NCBI RefSeq assembly: GCF_006345805.1
Contig: NC_043008.1
Span: 34,968,001-35,032,000 of the forward strand
DNA length: 64,000 bases
Reading direction: 5' to 3'
Origin: Octopus sinensis
Taxonomy: Eukaryota
Shown: positions 1 through 11,699 of the stretch, in pieces
Position numbering within the stretch: position 1 is the first letter of the stretch
Layout of the letters: every line of letters starts with the position of its first letter
Made by a program: the position numbers and the translations under genes
Notes under the pieces: model-generated
What the model saw: the letters and a program-made list of their open reading frames with translations, nothing else
Told to the model about the DNA's origin: nothing
Database searches by the model: none

Positions 1-39
1 CCTGACATGTGCAAAAGAATGTGAATAGCGAAAGGCAAC

Positions 40-750
40 AAAGCTAAACGCTAAAATGCATAGAGAATACTAGCCGAACCAGAATAAAAACAAAACAAGA
101 ACGACTAGAAACTCAAATACAGATAGTGCATGGATTTATTAGAAGAATTGATATGCGGTTCCGGTTAAGAATATATGCGAAAGTAACATCAAAGAGTAGA
201 AAATTAATGAAGAGCCTTAATGACATGTTATATAAAGAAAAGCACATAAAGAGAAGAATTCCAATAGAAACAGATAAGAGAATTAGATCTGATACAGACT
301 GACAAATATTTAAGAATTAATGAACTTGATAGAGAACAATACAAGCACATGAAAGAAAAGGTTACCAAGGAATATTATTGACACGTTAAATTAATACTTA
401 AACAGAACTAAATGAAAAGAAAAATTGGTTAAAGGCATCAATACTCGACCTAATCTAGAAATAATTTGCAGTTGTTATCAAATAGATGCAAATAGAATAA
501 GCAAGAGGAATGTAAAATTTGGAAAATGATGACTGCATTTAGAAATTGCCAACTAAAATCGGATAAACGTTATATTTACTATAAATGCAAACATACAGGG
601 GTTTTGTTCAGCCAGAAAAAAGTCTTAGGACTGGGACTAGGAAAATATCTGATGAAAAAAAGTGGTTGATTAATTATAAAGATAGTTAAAAATACGACCA
701 AGACAGAAATAAAGGAAAGAAACTAAATAAGCCCTGGTGGATTTGAAATC
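40..750 (+). mobile_element. Highly degenerate R4/Dong-like LINE fragment (C-terminal part of RT)
   Basis: Manual translation gives IDMRFRLRIYAKVT...DKYLRINELDREQYKHMKEKVTKEYY*HVKLILKTELN, paralleling IRMQCGLHKCAKVT...YKYLGVFEGDGIKHSVMRERIRRECYRRV in the LINE at 32.7-32.95 kb; many stops and frameshifts. Confidence 0.6.
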
Positions 751-862
751 AAAAGGAAAAGAACGGGGGTTAATATCGCAAGGTATCATGTGCTACGATT
801 TAACGATTCTACCGATTCTTCACCCATTTTCAGCGCGAAAAATGGAAAAAAAAACATTGCAT

Positions 863-1000
863 AGGTGCAAGCGTGGCAAGTGGCAAGAAGCTCATTACTC
901 AACCACGTAGTTTTGAGTTCAGTCCCTCAACGTGGTACCTCGGGCAAGTGTCTTTTATTGTAGCCCTATGCCGACCAACGCCTTGTGAGAGTGGATATGT
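863..1000 (+). mobile_element. SINE family A, 5' half (tRNA-like head), diverged
   Basis: Matches the window consensus ggcgcaggagtggctgtgtggtaag...gggttcagtccc...gggcaagtgtcttctactatagcc...gccgaccaaagccttgtgagtggat. Confidence 0.8.
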
Positions 1001-1062
1001 TAAATGTCATACACACACACACATATATATACATATATATACATGCCTATACACACAAAACT

Positions 1063-1120
<58 letters not shown>

Positions 1121-1227
1121 GCATGTGTATATACATACGTACAGACACACACACACCTATATATGTGTGAATGTGTGTGTATATATATATACCTTCGTCT
1201 TTTGTTTTCTGCATATTTGAACTATAT

Positions 1228-1283
<56 letters not shown>

Positions 1284-1464
1284 CCTGCTCGCTTAGCCAG
1301 CGGGTTGGCGTCATTTGAAGGCTAAAACAATGCGAAGCGCATTGTGACCAGCGATGTGTAGCAACGTCTGATAGCCTGGTCGGTCATGGTAATTACGGTA
1401 ATATATATATATGTGTGTATATATATATATGTAGGTATTTATTAGCTACTTATGACTATGTGTG

Positions 1465-1678
1465 GTTATGTGTTTGTGTTTTGTTTTACTAGTTGTTAAC
1501 GAGTATTGGTTTCTTTACTACTGCGTAACAGTAACATAACGCTTCGGCAAAGGGACTGATAGAATAAGTATCAGTTTAACAAAAAGTTAAGTAATTACTA
1601 GAGTCGATTTGTTCGACTAATCTCTTGAAGGCGGTGCCCAAGCATGGCCGCAGTTTAATGACTGGAACAAGTAAAAGA
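1465..1678 (+). mobile_element. SINE family A, 3' half
   Basis: gatagaataagta...ggcggtgcccaagcatggccgcagtttaatgactggaacaagtaaaaga, shared with the copies at 41.8 kb and 10.0 kb (reverse complement). Confidence 0.8.
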
Positions 1679-1700
1679 TTGTAATTGGTAAGCAAGCTAC

Positions 1701-3292
1701 AATGTAGTTGGTAGGCTACTTTTATTCATTAAATTTGCCATGTAGGCAGCACATAGATAAGGTAGCTTTGCGGGCTGGACATAGACATTGATGAGGCGAA
1801 TGATTATGATACAAAAATTATAAATATGGGAGAAGACAGAAACCGCCCGCCGACCCTCTGATTCTCTAAAATATTGTTCTTTAAAAACGCAAATACAGAG
1901 GTATCAACCCTTTTACAATTTAAAATACCATATATTTGGACTAAAAAGTCCATACAATTATAAAACACAATTTATACACAAATTGGAGGCGATAAACCAC
2001 TACAGTCCTTCTCTGAGTAATTTTCTTGCAATTTGGAGGCATTCCTGCAACCGTAATCCGGGGCTCCAAAAAATAATTCTATAATTCTCGTTTTTACACG
2101 AGTCAATTATGAGATCACAATACTTTCTTTCCAGCACCAGAGCAGCCACCTGAGGTGGCCACTCTGGGCTGTCAATGCAAGTCGGGTCCTGGGGGACCTG
2201 ACTATCCATATTATTCTCCACGAAACTGTCAATAGAAGAGCATATATTCTTCACCACTTTCACTGGGAGGGGCCTCAACTCCCTCGCTCGGTGGCACACA
2301 TTCCACTGACGAGGTTATTTTCTCCACCCCCCCCCGGTGGCACACATCCCACCGAAGGGGTTTCCGGACATGCCGTCGCCGTGACGGATAGTGTCTTCTA
2401 TCCACTAGGCCTCTATACCGGGTGGCAACCCACACATCCAGGCTCTTGTCAACTTTTTACTGCCATAAGTAGGGAGAAACAAAATTTTCTCCCCTCCAAA
2501 GGCATGCTCGCAAAATCACGAGTTTCTGCAGGGATGTCAAAAAGTACACACACAGTTCCATACTTCGCAACCCTGCCGATAAACCGAACAGTTGGCAGAT
2601 AGTCTGCCAACTTCTCCTTAATTTCTTCCTCAGAGAAGACCTTGATGGTGTCAAGGATCCTGGAATAGGTTCTTAATCCCACCGTTCTCTCCGTATAATT
2701 TTTCAACCGTTCTTTGGGGGGTTACAATTTGCCACTCCAAAACGGATTTCACAGTTGCCATGTCGATAGCTAAAACAAAAAAAAATTCCACAAACAAAAA
2801 TCAAAATATTCAAATGAAAGTCTATAAAGAAACTCAAAAAAGATCAGAAAGACAGACAGGAGAAGAAAGAGCGAAGGACGATAATCCACAATTCTGCTAC
2901 TCTGGTAATCCAAACTGGTAGTCCTTCGCAGCACAAATAGTATTCCGTCCAACTCTGGCTGCACTCCTATCCTTTATGGTAAAACTCCACTTGAAAGGGC
3001 ACAAACACAGTCATAGAAAATTCAAAAAACATTTCGGAGAACACGCCTCCCAAAATAAACACAATTCTCACTACGCAGTGAGTTTTCTTGCACGACCACT
3101 GGCAAACAAATGCCTGGAATCCAGTGGAGACCCCTGTTCGAAAAAAAAATACTTACAGACAAACAGCAGACCTCACTAAGCTTCCCACCCCAAAAACAAA
3201 TGCTTTACTTGTGGTCGTACTTCAAATGTTCAATTTTTCACGTACGACGTGACTTCCATTGCGACGAAAAACAACGCGACAACTTGGTAGCA
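1701..3292 (-). mobile_element. Non-autonomous ORF1-only non-LTR retroelement (L1/Tx1-like ORF1) with 13-bp TSD
   Basis: Direct repeat gtaagcaagctac at 1688-1700 and 3293-3305; frameshifted ORF1-like frame at 2761-2000; AATAAA near the 3' end (~1720); no RT present. Confidence 0.65.
2000..2761 (-). pseudogene. Frameshifted ORF1 (gag/RRM-like) of the 1701-3292 element
   Basis: Joined frames: MATVKSVLEWQIVTP/KERLKNYTERTVGLRTYSRILDTIKVFSEEEIKEKLADYLPTVRFIGRVAKYGTVCVLFDIPAETRDFASMPLEG/ILFLPTYGSKKLTRAWMCGLPPGIEA*WIEDTI...; resembles L1/Tx1-type ORF1 RRM region. Confidence 0.5.
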
Positions 3293-3329
3293 GTAAGCAA
3301 GCTACTTACCACACAGCCACTCCTGCGCC
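3293..3329 (-). mobile_element. SINE family A head remnant (insertion target of the 1701-3292 element)
   Basis: gtaagcaagctacttaccacacagccactcctgcgcc is identical to the reverse complement of the SINE-A 5' end, as at 46811-46847. Confidence 0.85.
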
Positions 3330-3420
3330 TATATAATGATAATTTCTATGTGCACTACTCAGTTGTATAAAGACGTAAACATATTCCTATCTGTGCGCAT
3401 TCTCCCATCAATCCACGCAC

Positions 3421-3637
3421 CCATCCATCCATCCATCCATCCATCCATCTATCCAGACAACTACCCACCCATCCATCCAGCCAGTCAGCCGTCCATCCAT
3501 CCATCCATCCAGCCAGCCAGCTTTCTATACATTTAGCCAAACACGGTGAGAAATTAATCCCTATCCTTATGTATCTATTCATACATACCAATATTCGAGC
3601 ACACGCACGCACGCACACACACACACAGACACACACA

Positions 3638-3682
<45 letters not shown>

Positions 3683-3825
3683 ACACACACACCGTAATAA
3701 TGTTATGTACAGCCTCAAGAAAGAATTATAATATATCCCTAGCTGTATGGCTACCACTAACCATAATTGCATATACATACATACACACATACATACATGG
3801 ACACATACACATACACACACACATA

Positions 3826-3887
<62 letters not shown>

Positions 3888-3983
3888 CATACACACGCGC
3901 ACACACATACGCACACACACGCACATATATATCTATATATCTATATATATCTATATCTATCTAACTATCTATTTATCTATCTA

Positions 3984-4049
<66 letters not shown>

Positions 4050-4050
4050 A
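3421..4050. repeat. Compound microsatellites (CCAT)n, (CA)n, (TA)n, (TATC)n, (CT)n
   Basis: Directly visible. Confidence 0.95.
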
Positions 4051-4770
4051 GCGGTTTTACATAATGTGACACAATGGAATCATCATATGATTGTTAAGAT
4101 TCTTCTTGCATTGATGCAACAATTAATACATCTGGCAAAGTACCATTCAACCAGGAAACCGTGTTATTCAAAGGAGAACCCAGTGCAGTTCTTGATACAA
4201 AGCAAAATTGATTCAGTTATTGATTTTTCTATTGAAAAATACCATATTTTAGTAAATTCCGAAGAAAACACCTACTGTTATTCTAGTTTTAGTTTCTTAA
4301 AAGAAAAAAAAATATCGATTTTTTGTTTTGTTTCGAATGGGAAACAATCCCGTTTAATAAGCTGTAGCTGGAAGGCGGATCACAGAACTGTAGTATATTA
4401 CTGGTATTTTGTATTAGAGATGATGTGGCCGAATTGTAGAGAAATGGTACTTTCTAGAAATATTACTCACATTAAATTTGATGAAGTTTTCTGCATGTCA
4501 CGAAATCGGTGCTACATAACTCGGCGTATTGGTAGTGATGGCAATGGACCCCCGTCGTCTGGTAAGGAGGAATCAGTTGTTCGATCAACTGGTTTTCCTG
4601 CTGTTGAATTTACGTGTAAATCACTGAGCGCTCCATAAACGCATGCATCTTTAACGTAATTCTTCGACACGATCCACCCAACGGACATCTGTTGTTTCCA
4701 TTTATTCGATTTCACTCATAAAATAGGTTAATCCGAGGTTACAGAACAATGATATCTGCCGTAGATACCA

Positions 4771-5393
4771 AGACGGCGAGCTGGCAGAAACGTTAGCACG
4801 CCGGGCGAAATACCTAGCTGTATTTCGTCTGTCTTTACGTTGTGAGTTCAAACTCCGCCGAGGTTGACTTAAGGCGGCGTGCTGGCAGAATCTTAGCACG
4901 CCGGGCGAAATGTTGTGAGTTCAAATTCCGCCGAGGTCGACTTTGCCTTTCATCCTTTCGGGGTCGATAAATTAAGTACCAGTTACGCACTGTGGTCGAT
5001 CTAATCGACTTAATCCGTTTGTCTGTCCTTGTTTGTCCCCTCTATGTTTAGCCCTTTGTGGGTAGTAAAGAAATAGGTATTTCGTCTGAGTTCAAATTCC
5101 GCCGAGGTCGACTTTGCCTTTCATCCTTTCGGGGTCGATAAATTAAGTACCAGTTACGCACTGTGGTCGATCTAATCGACTTAATCCGTTTGTCTGTCCT
5201 TGTTTGTCCCCTCTATGTTTAGCCCCTTGTGGGTAGTAAAGAAATAGGTATTTCGTCTGAGTTCAAATTCCGCCGAGGTCGACTTTGCCTTTCATCCTTT
5301 CGGGGTCGATAAATTAAGTACCAGTTAGTACTGGGGTCGATCTAATCGACTGGCCCCTCCCCCAAAATTTCGGGCCTTGTGCCTAGAGTAGAA
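4771..5393 (+). mobile_element. SINE family B concatemer (nested B/B' copies, 171-bp internal tandem) within one 23-bp TSD
   Basis: TSD aatgatat(c/t)tgccgtagatacca at 4748-4770 and 5394-5416; gagttcaaattccgccgagg recurs at 4917, 5088 and 5259. Confidence 0.9.
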
Positions 5394-5953
5394 AATGATA
5401 TTTGCCGTAGATACCAGGGAGTGGTATTGAAATTGAAACCTCGTCGTTTCAAAGCGAACATATTGATCATTCACCATTCTCTGCCTTCCCCCATTAATTA
5501 ATACTCCAAATAATCTAATCATAGGAATTCATTGTATTTCGGATAAAAATGTTTTCAAATATACCGGTTGGTTAGGAAACATTAATTCACCCAGGATTTT
5601 GACATCTAAACAATTCCGAAGATCGTTCTGTGCAGATTTAAGGAGCTGAGCTCAATAAATATGCTCCACCTCACCTCACAACACCCAAATCAAAATAAAA
5701 ATAAGGCAAATAAATATCGAACTTAAAATAAAATTTTCCTCTCACATATTATATTTTATTTTGTGAGAAAACGCGTTTTTCTCCTTAAAACTTCTACTAA
5801 TTTACATAAATTAACATAATCCCTCGGAACAAATTATTTTTGTAACCAGTAACCTTTTCTAATGTCAGGAAAATACAATATTCTTAGTTTTTGTCTTAGA
5901 ATAAAGCAAATTTCAGGAATTCTATGAAGTCTATGAGCGTTTCCTTAAACAAA

Positions 5954-6108
5954 GGCGCAGGTGTGGATGTAGGGCAAGAAGTTTGCTTCGCAATCACATA
6001 CTTCTGGCTTCAGTCACTTTCTGTAGCACCTTCTACAAATGCCTCCTACTATGGCCACGGGTCGAACAAAGCTTTGTGAGTGGATTTGGTAGACGGAAAC
6101 TGAAAGAA
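5954..6108 (+). mobile_element. SINE family A, 5' half
   Basis: ggcgcaggtgtgg...tttgtgagtggatttggtagacggaaactgaaagaag followed by (TA)/(TG)n. Confidence 0.85.
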
Positions 6109-6121
6109 GTTAGGGTTAGGG

Positions 6122-6180
<59 letters not shown>

Positions 6181-6299
6181 ATATATATATATATATATAA
6201 AATGGGACAAGAACGTAACACATCCAGCTTATACAAAGAAAACAAAGATGGGTCATTCGGAGTTTTCTTTCCTCAGTCGAGTTCCAGATTATCTTTGCA

Positions 6300-6555
6300 A
6301 TAGAGAAAATGGAGACTGATACATCCTCAAAATTTATTTCCTTTTATTTTACAATGATATTCAACATATTCTTATGGCTACTACGACCAACACGTGTTTT
6401 CATTGCACAAACTATGTGGTGTTGCATATGCAACTGGTCATACTCTGTACAGTGGAAACACCCGTGGGTCGTCATAACCAAAGAAAGATGCTGTATGACA
6501 TCGTAAAGTAATAAAAAAGAAATTTTGAGGATGTACCAGTCTTCACATTCTCTAT
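6300..6555. repeat. Imperfect 256-bp palindrome (fold-back element)
   Basis: Arms of ~120 bp are roughly 75% complementary around the perfect centre gttgcatatgcaac (6421-6434). Confidence 0.85.
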
Positions 6556-6748
6556 CGTTATAATTATTGCATATGTATACAGTATATATATATATTCACA
6601 AGGACCTCGAACCCACAAGAGTAAACGAGAGAGACAGAGACAGGCAGAAACAAGGAAAATGCCACTTGTATTTGAACACTATACAAATATTCTTTTATTT
6701 AAAAAAACTTTTCTTTTAATTTTTCTAAATTTAATTATTTAATTGTTA

Positions 6749-6783
6749 CAGTTGAAAAAGTCTGAAGGACTGAAACGGTACTG
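6749..6783 (+). ncRNA. Degenerate minimal hammerhead-like motif
   Basis: cag-TTGAAAA-agtc-tgaag-gact-GAAAC-g-GTA-ctg: stems I and II are kept, core has 2 substitutions; ~50 nt before (TA)n. Confidence 0.4.
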
Positions 6784-6833
6784 AAATGTTTTTTATAAAA
6801 TTATTTTAGCATTTTCTATCTTGACTTTTTTCC

Positions 6834-6913
<80 letters not shown>

Positions 6914-6952
6914 GTGTGTGTGTATGTGTGTGTGTGTGTGTGTGTGTGTATA

Positions 6953-7128
6953 CAAGGTCTGATCAATTAGTATGCGGACTGTTGACATAGTAACGAATCT
7001 AAAGCATACAGAGTGAAACCGCTAGGCACAAATTGACCTTGACCTCTGCTGTGCATGTGCACTAAGTTTTAGCGTTCTAACTCACTTCCTTTGTTTACAG
7101 CAGTGCTTTGCATATTGATCAGACCACG
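6953..7128. mobile_element. Mariner-type MITE / internally deleted element
   Basis: TIRs caaggtctgatcaat / attgatcagaccacg, flanked by TA on both sides (6951-6952, 7129-7130). Confidence 0.75.
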
Positions 7129-7367
7129 TATATGTGTGTGTGTGTGTATGTGTGTGCATGTGTGTATATACACATACATGTATATATGTATATGTATATA
7201 TTTACTTCTAATATAAGGATAAAATTTTATCAAAATTTTTTTATCAGTGGCTAGCATATTAGAAATACCTTTTAAGGTGAAAATTCTAAATACAATTATA
7301 AATAATGGCGAAAAGAAAATGATGCAAAAGTGCAGCCTACAACTTGGAGTTGAAACACGCTTTTATT

Positions 7368-7768
7368 TTTTACTTGCTTGAGTCATTGGACTACGGCCAT
7401 GCTAGAGCACCGCTTTGAAGTATTTTAGTCGAACAAATTAAATTCCAGTACTTACTATATTTTTTATAAGTCTGGTATTTATTCTATTCAACACTATTGC
7501 CTGACCGCAAAGACACGGGGACATAAACAAACCAACACTGGTTGTCAATCACTGGGGGAGAGGAGCAGAAACAGTCACAAACACATACACACATACGCAT
7601 ATAAATATACAGCGGGCTCCCACTCAGTTTCCGTCCACCGTATTCACTCGCAAAGTACTGGTTGGCTTAGAGCTATAGCAGAAGACACTTGCCCAAGGAC
7701 TAGCGGCCACACAATGGCACTGAACCCGAAACCACATGGTTACAAAGCGAGTTTCTTAACTACAGCCT
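7368..7768 (-). mobile_element. SINE family A, near full length, diverged
   Basis: Collinear with the copies at 9975-10368 and 46465-46850. Confidence 0.85.
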
Positions 7769-7949
7769 ATCACTCAGAAAGACGGCTGGTTGCTTCCATA
7801 GATGCAGGGCAATTTCAACGCAGAAATTTTAGCTTTAACGAGATACATTGAATCACCGAGGCGCCATTTTTATAGTCAACAAAACAATCCATGCCATCTT
7901 TGCGTTTATGTTCGGTTGGCTGGAAACTTCCATGGTGCAACAACAACAA

Positions 7950-8039
7950 ATACTACTACTACAAATTATATTCCTACTCCTGCAGCTACAACTCCTAATA
8001 CTGCTGCTACCGCTGCTACTACTACTACAACTGCTGCTG

Positions 8040-8103
<64 letters not shown>
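7950..8103. repeat. (CTA)n/(CTG)n microsatellite
   Basis: Directly visible. Confidence 0.95.
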
Positions 8104-8104
<1 letters not shown>

Positions 8105-8599
8105 AATTTGGTGGGACAGGAAATACGATAAACATTCTTCCTTTCCCTTTTCAACGGAATTTTGAATCTGAGTCGTGAAGCATCGATGTTTGATAGATTA
8201 AATTATGATAGTTTTGCTTCGTCTAATTAGGTGTGTATTTTATTGGAAAAAAAAAAAGAAAGTATATCGGAAATAATTCTTCATACCTCTCCTGGCAGCC
8301 TAGATACATATACAAAGTGAAATAGCATCATCATTAGCAGTAGCAGCAAAAGCAGCAGCGGGAAATCAAAGAAATTTTCACTGACTCGGCTTTGCAAGTA
8401 GCTTAACCTTTGTCCGACAGCTTTCGCTAAGCATCTTCATATTTCTAATCATTAACGTCCGTTTTATACTGGAAGAAATAGGATTATAACTAGACTTCTG
8501 ACAACTGGCGGTGTCTACTAAACTAGATTCTGGTCAGCAGTCTAGCTTAGTGAAACTGGAAAATGAATGACTTCACTACAAATCATTGTGACTATTTGT

Positions 8600-9500
8600 A
8601 AATGGTTTTAATTATATATGTAACCTATATTGGACCAGCATGTAGTTACGTGTGGGAATGAGTTTATATGGCTTTAATTATGCATGTAAATCATATCGAC
8701 AGAATTGTTGCCACAAGGAATAAAATGCTTAGCAAAGTTTCTTCTGGCTCTTTGCGTTCTGGGTTCAAATGCCACCGAGATTGACTTTGCCTTTCATCCT
8801 TTCGGAATGAAACAACTAACCAATATGAAACAGAGGCTGAGACAAAAAGAAACAACAGAAATTGTGAAGAAAGGGCTAACAATTATGTTAAAATCGGGAC
8901 TGCAGAATGTTATGATAAAGTGGTGGCAAGAAAATCCCCCCGCATCATTAATTCTTGTTAAAAAAGATAAAAGAAATGTGATATAGACAAAGAAAAATCT
9001 GAAACTTGGACGAGAAGTGCAAGAACCACAACCGGAATTGAAAGATGACTGCAACGTAATGTGGAAGCCTTTTCGCCAATAATCACGAAAAACCAAATGC
9101 TGAGGTCAACCACCTCTCATCCTTTCGGAGTTGATAAAAAAATGCCAATTGAGTCTTTGGATCGATGTAAAATATTTCCGTCTGCCCTGAAAATTGCTGG
9201 CCTTGTGCTAAAACCAGAAAAAAATTATTACCTATATTGGATCAGCATTAGAGTTATGTTTTTGAATATATATGGTGTCTGTATGATTTAAATTATACAT
9301 TTAATCGATTTTGGACCAGCATATAGTTATGTATGTGAATGTATCAATATAATTTTAATTATATATATATATATATAACCTATACAAGACCAACATGTAG
9401 TAGCGTATGTGAATGCATATGTTTTAATTATACATGTAACCTATATGTTTGTAATTATATATAAAACTTATATAAAATCAACATGTAGATATGTATGCAA
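8600..9500. repeat. Degenerate ~65-70-bp minisatellite interrupted by SINE-B fragments
   Basis: Motif taacctatattggaccagcatgtagttatgtatgtgaatg...ttttaattata recurs at ~8621, 9229, 9302, 9376 and 9465; SINE-B pieces at ~8695-8810 and ~9100-9225. Confidence 0.65.
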
Positions 9501-9932
9501 AGAGTTAGGAAATCTTGTGTGTGTTCTTCCGTGCTTGTGTTCATGAGTGTTCATGAGTGTGTGTATGTGCTTGTCTATGTCCTTTGGTCAAAGATATCAT
9601 GGGTGCAACCATGCGTGTATGATTGGAATTCGTTATTATGGTGAATTAAACAACTCAATGATCTAATTATAACAATTCCTTCTGTTCTCTTTTTGTTTCT
9701 CTAAGTCGCTTTCAAACTCATCCACTCTCTCTCTGTTTCTTTTCTGTGTTTCTCTCTCTCTCTCTCTCTTTCTCTCTCCTTCTCCCTCTTGTTCTCTTCC
9801 GCTCAGTTTATTTAAAAAATTTTAATTCTTTGTCTATCACACATATACATACAACCCGAGCTAAAAGTAGAAGTTTTCTATTAAGGAAATTTAAAAACTA
9901 CAAGAAACACTCTATGTCATACACACACACAT

Positions 9933-9974
<42 letters not shown>

Positions 9975-10368
9975 TGTTTTATTTTTTTATTTGTTTCAAC
10001 CATTTGACTGCGGGTATGCTGAAGTACCGCCTTTAGTCGAACAAATCGACTCCAGGTCTTTGTAAGCCTAGAACTTATTCTGCCGGTCTCTTTTGCCGAA
10101 CTGCTTCTTTACGGGGACGTAAACACACCAACATAGGTTGTCAAGCGATGGGGGGGGGCAAACACAGACACCCAAACATACACACACACACACACACACA
10201 TATATACGACGCGCGTCTTTCAGTTTCCGTCTACTAAATCCACTCACAAAGCTTTGGTCGGTTCGAGGCTATAGTCGAAGACACTTGCCTAAGGTGTCAC
10301 ACAGTGGGACTGAACTAGAACCATGTGGTTGGCAAGCAAGCTACTTACCCCACAGTTACTCCTTCGCC
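9975..10368 (-). mobile_element. SINE family A, full length with internal (CA)n
   Basis: Both halves present, collinear with other copies. Confidence 0.9.
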
Positions 10369-10394
10369 TATATATACATATATATATATAATAA

Positions 10395-10650
10395 AAAATT
10401 CGTGGGTAAGGCCAGAACAATGCGAAACAAATTCAAGGTAAATCGCAAGAATTAGCGAATGTTGTATATCTACATTTGGATCTGACATACTCACACACAT
10501 GTACATCTGCAACATCTGCTAATTCCTGAAGAGGGGGTCATAACCCTGAAATATTGAATGCAGAGTAAGTTACCATTAATTCATATACCTGTTTTCTTGT
10601 GATTTGCCTTGGATTTATTTCGCATTGTTCCGGCCTTACCCACGAATTTT
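10395..10650 (+). mobile_element. 256-bp element with 57-bp terminal inverted repeats and an internal hammerhead-like core, in TA-rich flanks
   Basis: Arms 10395-10451 and 10594-10650 match at 52/57; internal ctgctaattc-CTGAAGA-gggggtcataaccct-GAAA-tatt-gaatgcag (10516-10563). Confidence 0.75.
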
Positions 10651-10693
10651 ATATAATATATTCCATATATTCCACACAATGCTTTATACTAAC

Positions 10694-10779
<86 letters not shown>

Positions 10780-10781
<2 letters not shown>

Positions 10782-11690
10782 GAAAAAAGGACAACAAAAC
10801 CAAGGCAGGACGAGTATCTCAAGTTATTTAGAATATTTAATTAGAGTAAGGTAAATTTGAGGTAATTAATTAATTAATTATTGGATGTCTTACAATTGTT
10901 TCTGGGATATCCCAAGTGATAGGTTAGCATCTCTATACACTGGGTACTCTGTCATCAGAGACAAGGTATGTATGAAAGTTCTAGACACGGAATTCACTGT
11001 TTATAAAGGAATAAAAGTGTAGACAGAAAACAGTAGATTGAAGAATACAGACAGGAGATTAAAGTTCACAGCTCATTTTCTTCCAGAGAGTATGGAGGTT
11101 GGTCCGTACTTTCGTGAAGGTATAGGTCCTTAAGTATAATCCCAGGTAAATCCAGGCAGTATTTTGAATGTTACGTTCATGTTGAAAGAATAGACCAAGA
11201 GGTTAGCTATTATGAAAATGGTCCACGTGGGTATATAGAGTGAGAAAGACAGACATCATGATAGACAGATAAGGGTTTTGATTGAGAGAATAGAAGAGAG
11301 GGGAGAAAGAGAAAAGAAAGGAATGAGATAGGTGTTGGAAAGAATGAATGAGAGCGAAATTAAAATAAACTCAAAATAAAAAAATTTAAATAAAAAATAA
11401 AAAAGATAAAGATAAGATGCCAGTATTATTCTACGTTAGGGTTGGTTCGAGGTGAGAGGTCGGGCATTAAGGTTTTGGTGAAGTGGAGGAGGAAAGCATT
11501 TATGGTTAATAATTAAATAGATAAATTCTGGGTTTGGTGTGGTCAGAAAGAATATTTTGTTCAGTGGTCAATAAGAATAACTAAAAATAGAAACTTAACT
11601 TAAGTGAGTATATATAGGATTAAAAGTACAATTAAATGGATAAAAGCTAAAAAATGAAATAATTAAAAGTTAAAAGTTAAAAACTAAAAA
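10780..11690 (-). mobile_element. Penelope-like element 3' region (pseudo-LTR-like), copy 1, ending in (TA)n
   Basis: Carries a hammerhead motif ~110 nt from its end; a closely similar copy lies at 22695-23445. Confidence 0.65.
10886..10963 (-). ncRNA. Type I hammerhead ribozyme motif
   Basis: Minus strand reads UGUCU-CUGAUGA-[stem II cccagug...cacuuggg]-GAAAC-AAUU-GUA/AGACA: complete core, 5-bp stem I, palindromic stem III ACAAUUGU, GUA cleavage triplet; base of stem II is imperfect. Confidence 0.8.
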
Positions 11691-11699
11691 AGATTATTG

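Noticed and set aside
4066-4638. 190-aa ORF
   Set aside because: GTG start, no recognisable motifs, and its 3' part overlaps a decayed SINE-D-like sequence
4917-5340. Regularly spaced repeats resembling a CRISPR array
   Set aside because: The intervening sequence is also repeated (171-bp tandem of SINE sequence); no unique spacers, no cas genes, eukaryotic context
6250-6285. Minus-strand cugaggaaagaaaacuccgaaug as a hammerhead
   Set aside because: GAAU instead of GAAA and no convincing stems I or III
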